Shown in pieces: positions 52,807 to 64,000 of a DNA stretch of 64,000 nt (position 1 is the stretch's first letter; the number at the start of each line of letters is the position of its first letter). Made by a program: the position numbers and the translations under genes. The DNA is from Deltaproteobacteria bacterium (lineage in GTDB: Bacteria > Myxococcota > Kuafuiibacteriia > Kuafuiibacteriales > Kuafuiibacteriaceae): the NCBI GenBank assembly GCA_040218735.1, contig JAVJQW010000061.1, forward strand, positions 1 through 64,000, given 5' to 3'. A model generated the notes under the pieces. The model was not told the origin of the DNA. It did not search any database and saw only the letters and a list, made by a program, of their open reading frames with translations.

Positions 52807-53946
52807 TCACTCGGCGACGGGATCGAACACAAACGTCGCCGGCCACGTGCCGGTCTGCATCTCGAGCGAAAAGCCCACCGCGAACCCGCAGGGCGTCACG
52901 CCGTCGGCGCAGTAGCCGTTGTCCTGGCACTCGGACTCCAGGCACGCCGGATCGTCCGGACCCATGATGCCCACGACCGCGTTCTGCCCGGCCGCGCGCG
53001 CCGGTTCGGTCGGCGAGGTCATATCGAGGAACCCGACGATGACCCGGTTCGTCTCCTCCTCGAGCCCGATCGAGAAGGTCAGATCGTCCCCCGCCGGGCA
53101 CGGCGAGAGGCAGGCGTGCTCCCACGTGACCCAGAGGGTGTCGCGCCCGCCCGCGCTCTGGAGCGCGGCGCAGACCTGGCCGGTCGTCGGCTGCAGATCG
53201 AGCGCCTCCCAAAAGCCCATCACCGCGAACCGCGGATGGCCGACCGACGTGATCCCCATGTCCGGCAGGACGTCCGCCGCCGTGGCGCCCGGCGCGGCCT
53301 CCGAGAACGCGAGGTAGCCGTCGTCGGTCACCCACACGCGCTCGACGCGCTCGCCGAACAGCCTGAACGAGAAGTCGGTGGCGAGGCGCCCCGCGAGCGT
53401 CTCGTCCGTCACCAGCACCTCGTCGTTGTCGAGGCCGGTGAAGCGCTCGCTCGGGACGCCGTCGAGGTCACACGCGTTCGTGACGTCGATGAGCCCGGTC
53501 AACGTGTCGTCGACCGCGTAACGCGAAGCGATGCCCTCGCACGAAGCGCGCGTCGCCGCCGCCGGCACCGCGAGGTTCCCGAGCGTGCTGGAGTAGTCGC
53601 AGTCCATCCCCTCGCACGCCTCGGTGAGGACGAGGATGACCTGCCGCGTCGCGTCCGGCGAAAACGCCGCGTTTGCGAAACCGGACGCCACGACGCGCCC
53701 CGCGCGGAGCCCCTCGGCGCGCACGGTGAACGCGTTGCCGCCTGACTCCTTCAGAATCGACCACGACACGACGTCGTTCCCCGCGGGGACCTCCTCCACG
53801 ACTTCGCCCCCACCGCCTTCGATACGAATGCGGAAGGTGTCGACCTCACACGGGACGCCGAGCGTCGTGTCGACGAACACCACGACCTCGGTGGGATCGG
53901 CGCACGCCGCCAGCGCGACCAACGACAAGCTGAGCCAGCGTTTCAT
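52807..53946 (-). CDS. Hypothetical lipoprotein (possible NIDO-like C-terminal domain)
   Basis: LAAC lipobox; PTEVVVFVDT; FSFRLFG....VWVTDDGYLAF; TGATG coupling. Confidence 0.7.
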   Translation of the reverse strand: MKRWLSLSLVALAACADPTEVVVFVDTTLGVPCEVDTFRIRIEGGGGEVVEEVPAGNDVVSWSILKESGGNAFTVRAEGLRAGRVVASGFANAAFSPDATRQVILVLTEACEGMDCDYSSTLGNLAVPAAATRASCEGIASRYAVDDTLTGLIDVTNACDLDGVPSERFTGLDNDEVLVTDETLAGRLATDFSFRLFGERVERVWVTDDGYLAFSEAAPGATAADVLPDMGITSVGHPRFAVMGFWEALDLQPTTGQVCAALQSAGGRDTLWVTWEHACLSPCPAGDDLTFSIGLEEETNRVIVGFLDMTSPTEPARAAGQNAVVGIMGPDDPACLESECQDNGYCADGVTPCGFAVGFSLEMQTGTWPATFVFDPVAE

Positions 53947-55271
53947 CACTCCAAGTCCATCCTCATCTTGAACACACTCACGTTGGGCCCGGGGAGCCCG
54001 ATCGCCTGGTTCACCGCACCCACGAAGCTCTGCCCGGCGCAGCTCAGCCCCACCGCGTTCACGGAGAACGAGCGCTCCCCCAGCGTGCGGCTCGAGCCCT
54101 GCACCGACATCGACGCCGAGGGCCCCTGCGGCAGGCAGCTCGTCTGCGCGATGATCGGGTTGCCTTGCATGTCGACGCCGACGACGCCCGTGCACGTGCC
54201 GCGCAGGTTCGCGTTGTCCCAGACACACTCCGAGCCCGGGACACAGAAGTTGTTCTGCGGCGGTACCGCGGGGCTCATCACGTCGGCGACACACGCCTGA
54301 CCGCTGCAGTCCCCGGCGTCGTGACACGGCGTCGGGGTCCCCTCGCAGACCCCGCACCAGCAGGGCTGCCCGTTGCACATCGGCTGCTCCGTGTCGTCGA
54401 GTGTCCACTGCGCCGAAGCGCTCGTGGAGAGCCCGCGCGAAGACATGTCGAAGCTGGGACCGAACGGCACCGCGCAATCCAGGCTGTACTCGCCGGCGCG
54501 CGACGGGATGCCGCTGTTGGTCTGCAGGTCACACGGCTGCCCCACGGTGTCCGACGCCGTCGGTCCGTGCGGGTTCATCGAACACGTGCCGTTCTTCTGA
54601 CCGTCGCGCGGGACGTCGTCACCCACGCAGACCGGACAGAAACCCAGGTTGCGACCGAGGTCCGACGCGACGATCCAGATCCCGAAGCTGTCGAACGTGA
54701 CCCGGCCGGTGTCGAGGTCGGTCGTGCCCTGGACCGGCGGTGAGCCGTCCAAGGTCCGGAACACCACGGCGAAGCAGTTGTCACGAATCGGCGAACCGGA
54801 GTTCGAACCGAGGAAGACGCTGCACTCGCCGGGCATGCAGTCGGCGTCCGACTGACACGGCGCGAAGTTGTTCGCGCACAGGTCGCCCGACGCGGTCGTG
54901 ATGCACTGGAAGGGCGGGCAGTCTGCGCTGTCCTGGCAGCTGATCCTCGAGTCGGTCATGCAGCGCTGCAGGTTCACCTCGGGGTCGCGGACGGGCCCCT
55001 CGAAGCGACAGTTGCGGCACTGCGGATCGCAGCCCGTGACGTCGACGACGAACTCGGAGCCGACGGGGAAGGCGTTGTTGTGCGTCGCGCCGGTCCACCC
55101 GACGTGCACGAGGCCGTCGTCGAGGACCGAGAAGCGGAGGCGCTCGGGGCAGAAGTCCCCGGCGTCGCGAACGGTCGGGCCTCCGTCGCGCGCGCCGTCG
55201 TCCGAGCTCCCGTTGCAACCGGCGAGCGCGACGGCGAGGAGCACCCACCGCGTTCCATTCAATCGAATCAT
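53946..55271 (-). CDS. Cys-rich lipoprotein
   Basis: LAGC lipobox; RDGG/RDAG tether; GWTGATH; repeated C.....DC motifs. Confidence 0.78.
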   Translation of the reverse strand: MIRLNGTRWVLLAVALAGCNGSSDDGARDGGPTVRDAGDFCPERLRFSVLDDGLVHVGWTGATHNNAFPVGSEFVVDVTGCDPQCRNCRFEGPVRDPEVNLQRCMTDSRISCQDSADCPPFQCITTASGDLCANNFAPCQSDADCMPGECSVFLGSNSGSPIRDNCFAVVFRTLDGSPPVQGTTDLDTGRVTFDSFGIWIVASDLGRNLGFCPVCVGDDVPRDGQKNGTCSMNPHGPTASDTVGQPCDLQTNSGIPSRAGEYSLDCAVPFGPSFDMSSRGLSTSASAQWTLDDTEQPMCNGQPCWCGVCEGTPTPCHDAGDCSGQACVADVMSPAVPPQNNFCVPGSECVWDNANLRGTCTGVVGVDMQGNPIIAQTSCLPQGPSASMSVQGSSRTLGERSFSVNAVGLSCAGQSFVGAVNQAIGLPGPNVSVFKMRMDLE

Positions 55272-55282
55272 GCTCGGTCTCC

Positions 55283-56100
55283 TCAGCGCCCGACGATGCT
55301 CACGCTCTCGATGCTCGAGTCGAAGGGGTCGTTCGGCCGGGTGCCGAAGTACACACCCGCCCCGGCCCCCGCGAGCACCACGACGGCCGCGACGCCCCAG
55401 AACCACGGCGAGCTCAGGACGCCGCCCTCCTCCTCGGCGGGAGGCGTGGTCGCGGCGGTGACGTCGGTCGCGGCGGTCGCGCCGCTCGGCGGAGGAGCGG
55501 AGGTCACGGCCGGGAGCGCCGCGACCTCGGGTGGAGGCACCGCGATCGTCACGACCTGCGATTGCCCCGCGGAGAGCCGCAGCGACTCCTGCGCGATCGC
55601 CTGACCGCCGCGCAGGACACGCACCACGAGCTGCCCCGGGTTGGAGGGGATCGACTCGCCGAGGACGGCCTGCGCGATCTCGCGGTCGTCGATCATCAGG
55701 ACGTCGTCGGCGACGATCCCTTCGGCGCGCACGACGACGTAGGCGATCTTGCTCCGGAGCGCGACGCGACGCTTGGCCGCGGCCTCCCGGAACCGGTCGT
55801 TCTCCCCCTCCACCGACTCACGGAGGAAGATGCGGTAGGCGCGGTCCGCCTCGACGAACTGCCCCGTCTTCTCCTGCGCCGCGGCGAGGTTGTAGAGCGT
55901 CAGGGGGATCGGCTGGATTTCGTAGGCGCGCTGGAAACGATCCCGCGCCGTCACCCAGTCGCGTGACTTTGCCGCTTCGATCCCTTCGCCGACGAGGCGC
56001 CGGGCGAGCTCTTCGGTGGCGACCTGAGCTTCGGCGGTGTGGAGCCAACAGAGCTGGACGGCCACCACCAGCGCCGCCCGAACGGAGAGTTTCGTCATCA

Positions 56101-56104
<4 letters not shown>
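55283..56104 (-). CDS. TPR plus PEGA-like protein with C-terminal membrane anchor
   Basis: Signal peptide; A.DRFQRAY..P.TLYNLA.AQ TPR; NPGQLVV; SPWFWGVAAVVVLAGAG. Confidence 0.82.
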
Positions 56105-57732
<1,628 letters not shown>

Positions 57733-57826
57733 GATGGGGAGTGAGGGTTCGATGCGTGCATCAGAACACGAATCCAGAGCCCATTTGAACCGCTCGGTTG
57801 CGTAGCGCCGTTGGACCTACCCGCCC

Positions 57827-58786
57827 CTACGACGTCCCCGAAGCGATCGAGGTCGCGGCGAGGATCAGCCGGCGCGTGTCGAGTTGGACGACCTGGACGG
57901 CGTCCCCCGGAGCCTCGGGGACGAACGTCAACCTGCCTTGCGCCCACGTCGACATCTCGGCGAGGCCGCGCGCGCACCACGCTTCGACGTCGTCCTGGAG
58001 GTCGCGCAAGCTGACTTGTCCGGACTCGAGGAGCCCAGACTGCAGGGATTCGACGGAGCCCGCCTCGGGGGACACGCCATACCGCGCGGCCAAATGGTCG
58101 ATCAGCGTGCTGTGGCCGTCGATCCGAAGCTCGATGACGCAACCTTCCAAGATCTGAACTTCGCCGCGCCGCGTCGAATCCACGACGCGCAACCGACCCG
58201 TGCTCCGCCGCGCCGAGAACAGCTCGAGCGCCTCCGTCACGCGCAGCCAGTCGAGGTCCGAGGCGAAGTCCGGCTGCGACGCGCGCGGCTCGACGTCCGC
58301 CTCCAGCATCGACACGAGGGAGTGGATCGTCTGGGCGCGCTCCGGGGTTCGGAGCGCTTCGAGTCGACGACGCGCGACCTCCGGATCCGCCTTGGGGTCC
58401 AAGCCGGCGGCGATCGAACGTCGGACCTCGGTCGCGGTCGCGCCGAACTTCGCGGCGAGCCGCAGGGCTACGTCGGCCTCCTCGACGCGACCGTTCGCCA
58501 ACGACGCACGCGCGAAGAGCAGGCGGAGCTCCGCGCGCTTCGGCGCGTTGGCGATCGCGCGCTCCAGGTGCGGCACCGCCGTCACGGGGTCGCCGAGCAC
58601 GACATAGACCTCTCCGATCGTCGCGTGGTCGGGCGCGCCGCTCGGCACGCGATGACCGACCTCCCGCAGATACATCAGCGCGGGCTGACGTCGGCCGGCG
58701 CGCGCGTGCAGGAGCGCGAGCGCGACGAAGGACGCGTAGTCGTCCGGGTTCGTCCAGATCGCGGCTTGGAGCTGCTCGACGTTCAT
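57827..58786 (-). CDS. TPR plus DUF4388-like protein
   Basis: N-terminal TPRs; FASDLDWL....ALE.....RSTGRLRV....GEV....G and W.QGRLTF. Confidence 0.75.
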   Translation of the reverse strand: MNVEQLQAAIWTNPDDYASFVALALLHARAGRRQPALMYLREVGHRVPSGAPDHATIGEVYVVLGDPVTAVPHLERAIANAPKRAELRLLFARASLANGRVEEADVALRLAAKFGATATEVRRSIAAGLDPKADPEVARRRLEALRTPERAQTIHSLVSMLEADVEPRASQPDFASDLDWLRVTEALELFSARRSTGRLRVVDSTRRGEVQILEGCVIELRIDGHSTLIDHLAARYGVSPEAGSVESLQSGLLESGQVSLRDLQDDVEAWCARGLAEMSTWAQGRLTFVPEAPGDAVQVVQLDTRRLILAATSIASGTS

Positions 58787-58790
58787 TCGA

Positions 58791-59885
58791 TCACCCCATC
58801 GCCCCGAGGATGCGCACCAGCGCGATCAAGCTGATGGTCGAGAACAACACCAACATCCCGAGCAACAACGGCCGACGCCACCGCGGCGGCGACGGCGGCG
58901 CGGGCGCGACCCACGAGCTGCTCACGGACGGGGCCGGCACCGGCTGCGGCGGCGCGATCAGCGGCCTCGCCTCCCCGGTCATCACCTCGAGCTCCGCGCG
59001 GTGGCGTTCCTCCGTCGCGTCGTCGCGGTTCGCCTCCATCCACGCTGCGACCTGGCGCTCGCCGACGTTCAAACACACGGTACGGAGCGCCGCTTCGATC
59101 GCGTCACGCAGCGCGCCTGCGCTCGCCGTGCGCCGCGCGGGATCACGTTGCAGGGCGTCGGCGACCACCGCGTCCAGCGCCGGCGGGACGGAGGCGTCGA
59201 CCGCGCTCGGCGGCGGGACGGTCATCGCGAGCACCGACTTCATCACGTCCGCCGGGCTGCTCCCGGTGTGCAGGCGCCGCCCCGCGAGCAGCTCCCAGAG
59301 GAGCACGCCGAGCGTGAAGACGTCGGAGCGTTCGTCGTACTGCTCGTGTTCGAGGGTCTCCGGCGGCGCGTACGCGAAGCGCTGGCGGCGGGTGCCCGGT
59401 CGTGTGAACGCGTCGTCGACGTACGCGGCGGCGACGCCGAAGTCCGCGACCCGAGTGTGGCCGTCCTCGGTGACGAACACGTTGCTGGGGCGGAGGTCGA
59501 GGTGCAGGAGCCCGACGTCGTGCGCCGCCTGAACCGCCGACGCCGCCTCCGCGACGATCCGCGCCGCGACCCCGACGGGCACGCGCGCCCGACCATCGAT
59601 CATCGCGTGGAGCTGAACGCCGCGCTGATGGGCGTGCACGACCTTGACGGTGTCGGGCGACACGACGACGTCGAGGATCGGGACGACGTTTTCGTGGACC
59701 ACGCTCCGGGCGAGCTCCACGCGCTCGCGGTAGACCTCGACGAAGCGCTCGCTCGATCGCACGTGCGGGAGCAGCCGCTTCAGGACCACGAGCGTGGGCT
59801 CTTCTTCGGGCGACTCACGCCGCGCCAGGATCACCTCGGCGACACCGGTCAGCGCGAGTCGGTGAGGGTTGAGGTACGTCCGCAA
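58791..59885 (-). CDS. Divergent Ser/Thr kinase with C-terminal TM anchor
   Basis: VVLKR, HLDLRPSNV, DFG, YAPPE, SDVFTLG; degenerate Gly loop. Confidence 0.85.
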   Translation of the reverse strand: MRTYLNPHRLALTGVAEVILARRESPEEEPTLVVLKRLLPHVRSSERFVEVYRERVELARSVVHENVVPILDVVVSPDTVKVVHAHQRGVQLHAMIDGRARVPVGVAARIVAEAASAVQAAHDVGLLHLDLRPSNVFVTEDGHTRVADFGVAAAYVDDAFTRPGTRRQRFAYAPPETLEHEQYDERSDVFTLGVLLWELLAGRRLHTGSSPADVMKSVLAMTVPPPSAVDASVPPALDAVVADALQRDPARRTASAGALRDAIEAALRTVCLNVGERQVAAWMEANRDDATEERHRAELEVMTGEARPLIAPPQPVPAPSVSSSWVAPAPPSPPRWRRPLLLGMLVLFSTISLIALVRILGAMG

Positions 59886-59978
59886 GCGCGGCGAGTCTGC
59901 CCGCGCGACCCCGAACGTGTCGAGGTCGGGCGAAACCGTGCTTGGTCCCGGCGGCCTTCGCGCTTACAACGCGTCCCG

Positions 59979-60347
59979 ATGTCCAAGCTGATGATCGCGG
60001 CCGGCGCCGCGTCCGCCTTCGTCTCCGTCGCCGCGGGCGCGTTCGGCGCTCACGCCCTGAAGGCCCGCCTCGAGCCGGACCTCCTCGCCGTCTTCGAGAC
60101 CGGCGCCCGGTACCAGATGTACCACGCGCTCGCGCTGGTCCTGATCGGGTTGGTCGGTCTGCAGGTGCGATCCGGCCTCCTCACGGCCTCCGGGTACGCG
60201 ATGATCGCCGGGACGGTCCTCTTCTCCGGCTCGCTCTACGTGCTGGCCCTGTCCGGCGTGCGCTGGCTCGGGGCGATCACCCCTCTCGGCGGCCTCGCGT
60301 TCCTCGCCGGCTGGATCCTCCTGCTCGTCGCGGCCGTTCGCAGCTAA
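59979..60347 (+). CDS. DUF423 (YgdD-like) membrane protein
   Basis: GAFGAHAL, TGARYQMYHAL, LFSGSLY, GAITPLGG. Confidence 0.92.
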   Translation: MSKLMIAAGAASAFVSVAAGAFGAHALKARLEPDLLAVFETGARYQMYHALALVLIGLVGLQVRSGLLTASGYAMIAGTVLFSGSLYVLALSGVRWLGAITPLGGLAFLAGWILLLVAAVRS

Positions 60348-61108
60348 CCGCGCGCGATGGAGACGCCGCCGTCCGCGAGCAGCGCGACGCCGGTGACGAA
60401 GCTCGCCTCGTCCGACAGCAGGTGCAGCGCGGACCACGCGATCTCCTCGGGCGCCGCGAGCCGCTTCAACGCGTGCAGGCCCGCGACGTACTGACGCGCC
60501 TCGGGCGTGCTCGCGACGGTGCGACCCATCGGCGTGTCGGTCCCGCCGGGGAGCAGCGCGTTCACACGCACGCCCGACGCCCCCAGCTCGGCCGCGAGGC
60601 TCTTCGTCAGCCCGATCAGCCCGGCCTTGCTCGCCGCGTACGGGCCCATGTTCGGCATCCCGACGGTGTGACCGACGAACGTCGACGTGAACACGATCGA
60701 CCCGCGCCCGCGCGCGACCATCGCCGGCACCTGGTGCTTCGCCGCGAAGAAGGCGCTCGTGAGGTTCACGCGGAGTGTCTCCTCCCAGCCCGCCGCGTCG
60801 ATCTCGACCAGCGGCCCCATCGCCCCGAGCGTCCCGGCGTTGTCGAACGCGACGTCCAGCCCGCCGTACTTCTCCACCGCGGTCGACACGAGCGCCTGCG
60901 CGTAGGCCTCGTCCTGCACGTCACCGGCGAGCGCCGTCGCCTCGCCACCTTCGGCGGCGATCGCCGCCACCACCTCGTCCAACACCGCCGCGCGCCGCGC
61001 GCCGAGGACCAGCCGTGCCCCCTCCCGCGCGAGCTGCCGCGCGGCGGCCTCTCCGATGCCGGAGCTCGCTCCGGTCACGATGCCCACCTTGCCTTCGAAA
61101 CGTTTCAT
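60344..61108 (-). CDS. Short-chain dehydrogenase/reductase
   Basis: TGASSGIG, DNAG, YAASK, VNALLPGGTDT. Confidence 0.92.
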   Translation of the reverse strand: MKRFEGKVGIVTGASSGIGEAAARQLAREGARLVLGARRAAVLDEVVAAIAAEGGEATALAGDVQDEAYAQALVSTAVEKYGGLDVAFDNAGTLGAMGPLVEIDAAGWEETLRVNLTSAFFAAKHQVPAMVARGRGSIVFTSTFVGHTVGMPNMGPYAASKAGLIGLTKSLAAELGASGVRVNALLPGGTDTPMGRTVASTPEARQYVAGLHALKRLAAPEEIAWSALHLLSDEASFVTGVALLADGGVSIARG

Positions 61109-61198
61109 CGTCTCTCCTTTCATGCTCGAAGGCGTAGCGCGACGGTCCTCGGGCCTGCGCTCCGGTTCTCGCCATCGAATCGAAAACGGCGCGCGTTG

Positions 61199-61211
61199 GA
61201 TTCGATCGCAA
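61199..61211 (+). promoter_or_regulatory. Possible Ada box upstream of ada
   Basis: GAT-N6-GCAA, one mismatch from the E. coli A-box/B-box AAT-N6-GCAA, about 45 nt upstream of ada. Confidence 0.35.
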
Positions 61212-61254
61212 GACCCGGAGTGTTCGATCCCCGCGCGCGCACCAGGGTGTGCCC

Positions 61255-62298
61255 ATGAGCTCCACCGAAGACGACCCCCGCTGGACCGCCGTCATGCAGC
61301 GCGACGTCAGCGCCGATGGCACCTTCTTCTATTCGGTCGCGACGACCGGCGTGTACTGCCGCCCCTCCTGCGCGTCGCGCCGCGCGAACCCGAAGAACGT
61401 CGCGTTCCACACGACCACCGCCGATGCGGAGCACGCGGGCTTCCGCCCGTGCCGTCGATGTGAGCCGCACCTGCAGCCGAAGGCGCAGCGCCAGGCCGCG
61501 ATGGTCGAAGCGCTCTGCCGATTCATCGAGTCGGCCGAGACCCCGCCGTCGCTCGAAGCCCTCGCCGCGCGCGTCGAGCTGAGCCCCCATCACCTGCATC
61601 GTGTCTTCAAGGCCGTCACCGGCGTGACGCCCAAGGCGTACGCGAAGGCGCACCGCGCCGGTCGTGTGCGCGACGCGCTGCGCACGAGCGGCTCCGTCAC
61701 CGACGCGATCTACGACGCCGGCTTCAACGCCTCCTCGCGCTTCTACGAGAGCGAAGCGCTCGGCATGACGCCCACCGCGTTCCGCGCGGGAGGCGCCGAC
61801 GAGACGATCCGCTACGCCGTCGGCGCCTGCTCGCTCGGCGCGATCCTCGTCGCGGCGACCGACCGCGGCGTGTGCTCGGTCCTCCTCGGCGACGACCCCG
61901 ACGCGCTCGCGCGTGATCTCGCCGCGCGTTTTCCACGCGCTCAGCTCACGCCGGGCGACGACGACTTCCGCGCGCTCGTCACCCGCGTCGTCGCGCTCGT
62001 CGAAGCGCCGGCCTCCTCCACCCTCCCGCTCGACATCCGCGGCACCGCGTTCCAGCAGAAGGTCTGGACCGCGCTCACGCGCATCCCCGTCGGCGCGACA
62101 CGAACCTACGCGGAGGTGGCGGCGGCGATCGGAGCGCCCAAGTCGGCGCGCGCCGTCGCGGCCGCCTGCGCTGCAAATCCGCTCGCCGTGCTCGTCCCTT
62201 GTCACCGCGTCGTGCGCGCGGACGGCAGCCTGTCCGGCTACCGCTGGGGCGTCGAACGCAAACGCACACTCATCGATCGCGAGCGCTCACAGACGTGA
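61255..62298 (+). CDS. ada: Bifunctional Ada regulator / O6-methylguanine-DNA methyltransferase
   Basis: TTGVYCRPSC, FRPCRRC, AraC HTH, GTAFQQKVW, VPCHRV. Confidence 0.95.
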   Translation: MSSTEDDPRWTAVMQRDVSADGTFFYSVATTGVYCRPSCASRRANPKNVAFHTTTADAEHAGFRPCRRCEPHLQPKAQRQAAMVEALCRFIESAETPPSLEALAARVELSPHHLHRVFKAVTGVTPKAYAKAHRAGRVRDALRTSGSVTDAIYDAGFNASSRFYESEALGMTPTAFRAGGADETIRYAVGACSLGAILVAATDRGVCSVLLGDDPDALARDLAARFPRAQLTPGDDDFRALVTRVVALVEAPASSTLPLDIRGTAFQQKVWTALTRIPVGATRTYAEVAAAIGAPKSARAVAAACAANPLAVLVPCHRVVRADGSLSGYRWGVERKRTLIDRERSQT

Positions 62299-63150
62299 CA
62301 AACGCGACGCGTCGGCCTGGATGAAGATCCCACGCACGCGACCGTCCGCCACCGACACCGTCAACGCCGTCGTCGGTACGCCGTCCACCATCAGCACGAC
62401 CCCGGGTCGCCCGTTGAGCTCCTGCTCGCGAACCTCGGCGCCCTCCGCGCCCTGCGCGGTGACCGCCGCGACGAACGCCGCGACCTTCTTCACGCCGATC
62501 AGCGGCCCCGGCAGGTTTCGGACACGGCCGTAGCGTCCGCCGTCCGGTCCGGCGTCGGCGACGAGGACCACGTCCTCCGCGAGCAGCGATGAGAGCGCTT
62601 CGACGTCCCCTCGCGTCGCCGCCGCGACGAAGGCACCGAGCAACCGGCGGTGCTCCTCCGTCGAGACGACCAACGCCCGGCGCTCCTCGGCGACGTGCAC
62701 CCGCGCGCGCTCCAACAGCTTGCGGCTCGCCGGCGCGGACTTGCCGAGCAGCACCGCGATCTCGGCGTGTGAGAAGTCGAAGACGTCGTGCAGCAGCAGC
62801 ACCGCGCGCTCCGCCGCGGTCAGCCGCTGGAGCAAGACGAGGAACGCCATCGAGAGCTGATCGATCGCCTCCACGTGCATCAGCCCGTTGGCCTCCAGGC
62901 TCAGCGGCTCCGGGAGCTGGTCCGCCCGGGTCTCCCGACGCACCCGCGCGGAGTCCAGCTCGTTGAGGCACAACCGCGCGACGGTGCGGAGCAGGTACGA
63001 CTTCGGCGCGTCGACCTCCACGTCGCGACGCGACCACCGTAGCCACGCGTCCTGCACGAGGTCCTCCGCGCGCGCGAAGTCGCCGAGCATCCGGTACGCG
63101 AGCGCGAGGAGGGACGGCCGGTGGTCCTCGAAGATCTGCGCGTCGGTCAC
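62287..63150 (-). CDS. ECF sigma factor (SigJ/ECF41-like) with SnoaL-like C-terminus
   Basis: LAYRMLG...AEDLVQDAWLRW, ERAVLLLHDVFD, LLAEDVVLVAD; GTGA overlap. Confidence 0.9.
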   Translation of the reverse strand: MTDAQIFEDHRPSLLALAYRMLGDFARAEDLVQDAWLRWSRRDVEVDAPKSYLLRTVARLCLNELDSARVRRETRADQLPEPLSLEANGLMHVEAIDQLSMAFLVLLQRLTAAERAVLLLHDVFDFSHAEIAVLLGKSAPASRKLLERARVHVAEERRALVVSTEEHRRLLGAFVAAATRGDVEALSSLLAEDVVLVADAGPDGGRYGRVRNLPGPLIGVKKVAAFVAAVTAQGAEGAEVREQELNGRPGVVLMVDGVPTTALTVSVADGRVRGIFIQADASRLSRL

Positions 63151-64000
63151 GCCGCCTCCCGCCGGTTCACTTCCGTCTCCATCCACGTGTGCACCGCGTC
63201 CGCCACCGCCGCACCCGACGCGAGGATCGGGAAGTGCTCCTCCTTCGGGACGATGTGCACCGTGTGTCGCGGCAACAGCCGCCGGTAGGAACGCACCGCG
63301 CCGATCAGTCGCATCGGATCGAACGCACCGTACAGCAACAGCGCCGGGGTGTCGGCCAGGTGGGCACGGACGGCGTCCGCCGTCGCGTGCATGAACTCGG
63401 TGTCGCGACCCATCTGCGTCATCAGATCGAGCGGGCGCTCGCGTTGCGCGGAGGTCTCGAACGCATCGAGGAGGACGCGACGCTCCGCCGTGGAGAACCG
63501 CGCGAGGAGCGGCGCGACGGTGACCACCATCCAGGGGATCAGGTTGAACCGGCGCGACAACCAGCGCACGGGCGCCGAGCCGATCCCGTACGCGAGGAAC
63601 ATCCGCACGAACCACGCGAGGCCGGTCATCGGGAGCGGCGCGGTGTCGGCGACCACCACGCCCGCGACTTCGGTGCGGGTCGCGGCCGCGAGGCCGAAGC
63701 TCCCGCTCGCGTCGTTCACGAAGAGCACGTGACGACCGATGCCGACCGCGCGGGTGAAGCGCTCGACGAAGTCCGCGTAGTCCGCGAGCCGCCCGCCGAA
63801 CCCGGGCCAGGTCGGCGTCCCTCCGAAGCCCGGCAGGTCGGGCGCGACGACGCGGTGGTGTCGACCGAGGCGGCGCACGACGCGGACGAAGCCGAGCGAC
63901 GTGAGCGGCGCGCCGTGGAGGAGGAGCACGGGCGGCCCTTCACCCTGGTCCAAGTAGGCGACGGGGTGGCCGTCGACGTCGATCGAGTGGACCTTCAGGC
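63147..64000 (-). CDS. Alpha/beta hydrolase (haloalkane dehalogenase/epoxide hydrolase-like); 5' end beyond the window
   Basis: YLDQGEGPPVLLLHG, APDLPGFG, VNDASG (Asp nucleophile), EEHFP. Confidence 0.85.
   Translation of the reverse strand, partial: LKVHSIDVDGHPVAYLDQGEGPPVLLLHGAPLTSLGFVRVVRRLGRHHRVVAPDLPGFGGTPTWPGFGGRLADYADFVERFTRAVGIGRHVLFVNDASGSFGLAAATRTEVAGVVVADTAPLPMTGLAWFVRMFLAYGIGSAPVRWLSRRFNLIPWMVVTVAPLLARFSTAERRVLLDAFETSAQRERPLDLMTQMGRDTEFMHATADAVRAHLADTPALLLYGAFDPMRLIGAVRSYRRLLPRHTVHIVPKEEHFPILASGAAVADAVHTWMETEVNRREAA

Overview
High-GC (visually about 70%), densely coding bacterial chromosomal window. Its gene content is typical of Myxococcota (inference): eukaryote-like Ser/Thr kinases, PEGA/TPR proteins, DUF4388-like domains, a DUF1552/DUF1588 pair, a sigma54 activator and about 12 lipoproteins. 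The window opens in the 3' end of a group II intron (IEP tail, domains V and VI) abutting an HNH nuclease gene. Housekeeping and metabolic genes include def, fmt, lepA, a regB/regA-type two-component system, a benzoate-CoA ligase family enzyme, a thrC-like/ssnA/ygfK-like operon, ada, an SDR and an ECF41 sigma factor. The most unusual items are: (i) a tandem array of three disulfide-rich lipoprotein paralogs plus a decayed fragment of a fourth; (ii) a 1832-aa helical-repeat protein ending in an ABC1/UbiB-type kinase domain, coupled to an FKBP; (iii) an intron 3' end that appears to supply the SD and start codon of the downstream gene; (iv) fmt apparently starting at CTG; (v) a STAND-like/TPR/sigma54 activator fusion coupled to a DPD-repeat lipoprotein; (vi) kinase-TPR/PEGA-lipoprotein cassettes and a recurring RD[AGS]G tether motif. 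No CRISPR array, rRNA or tRNA was seen. All domain calls come from motif recognition by eye, not from database searches, and many start codons were re-chosen manually.
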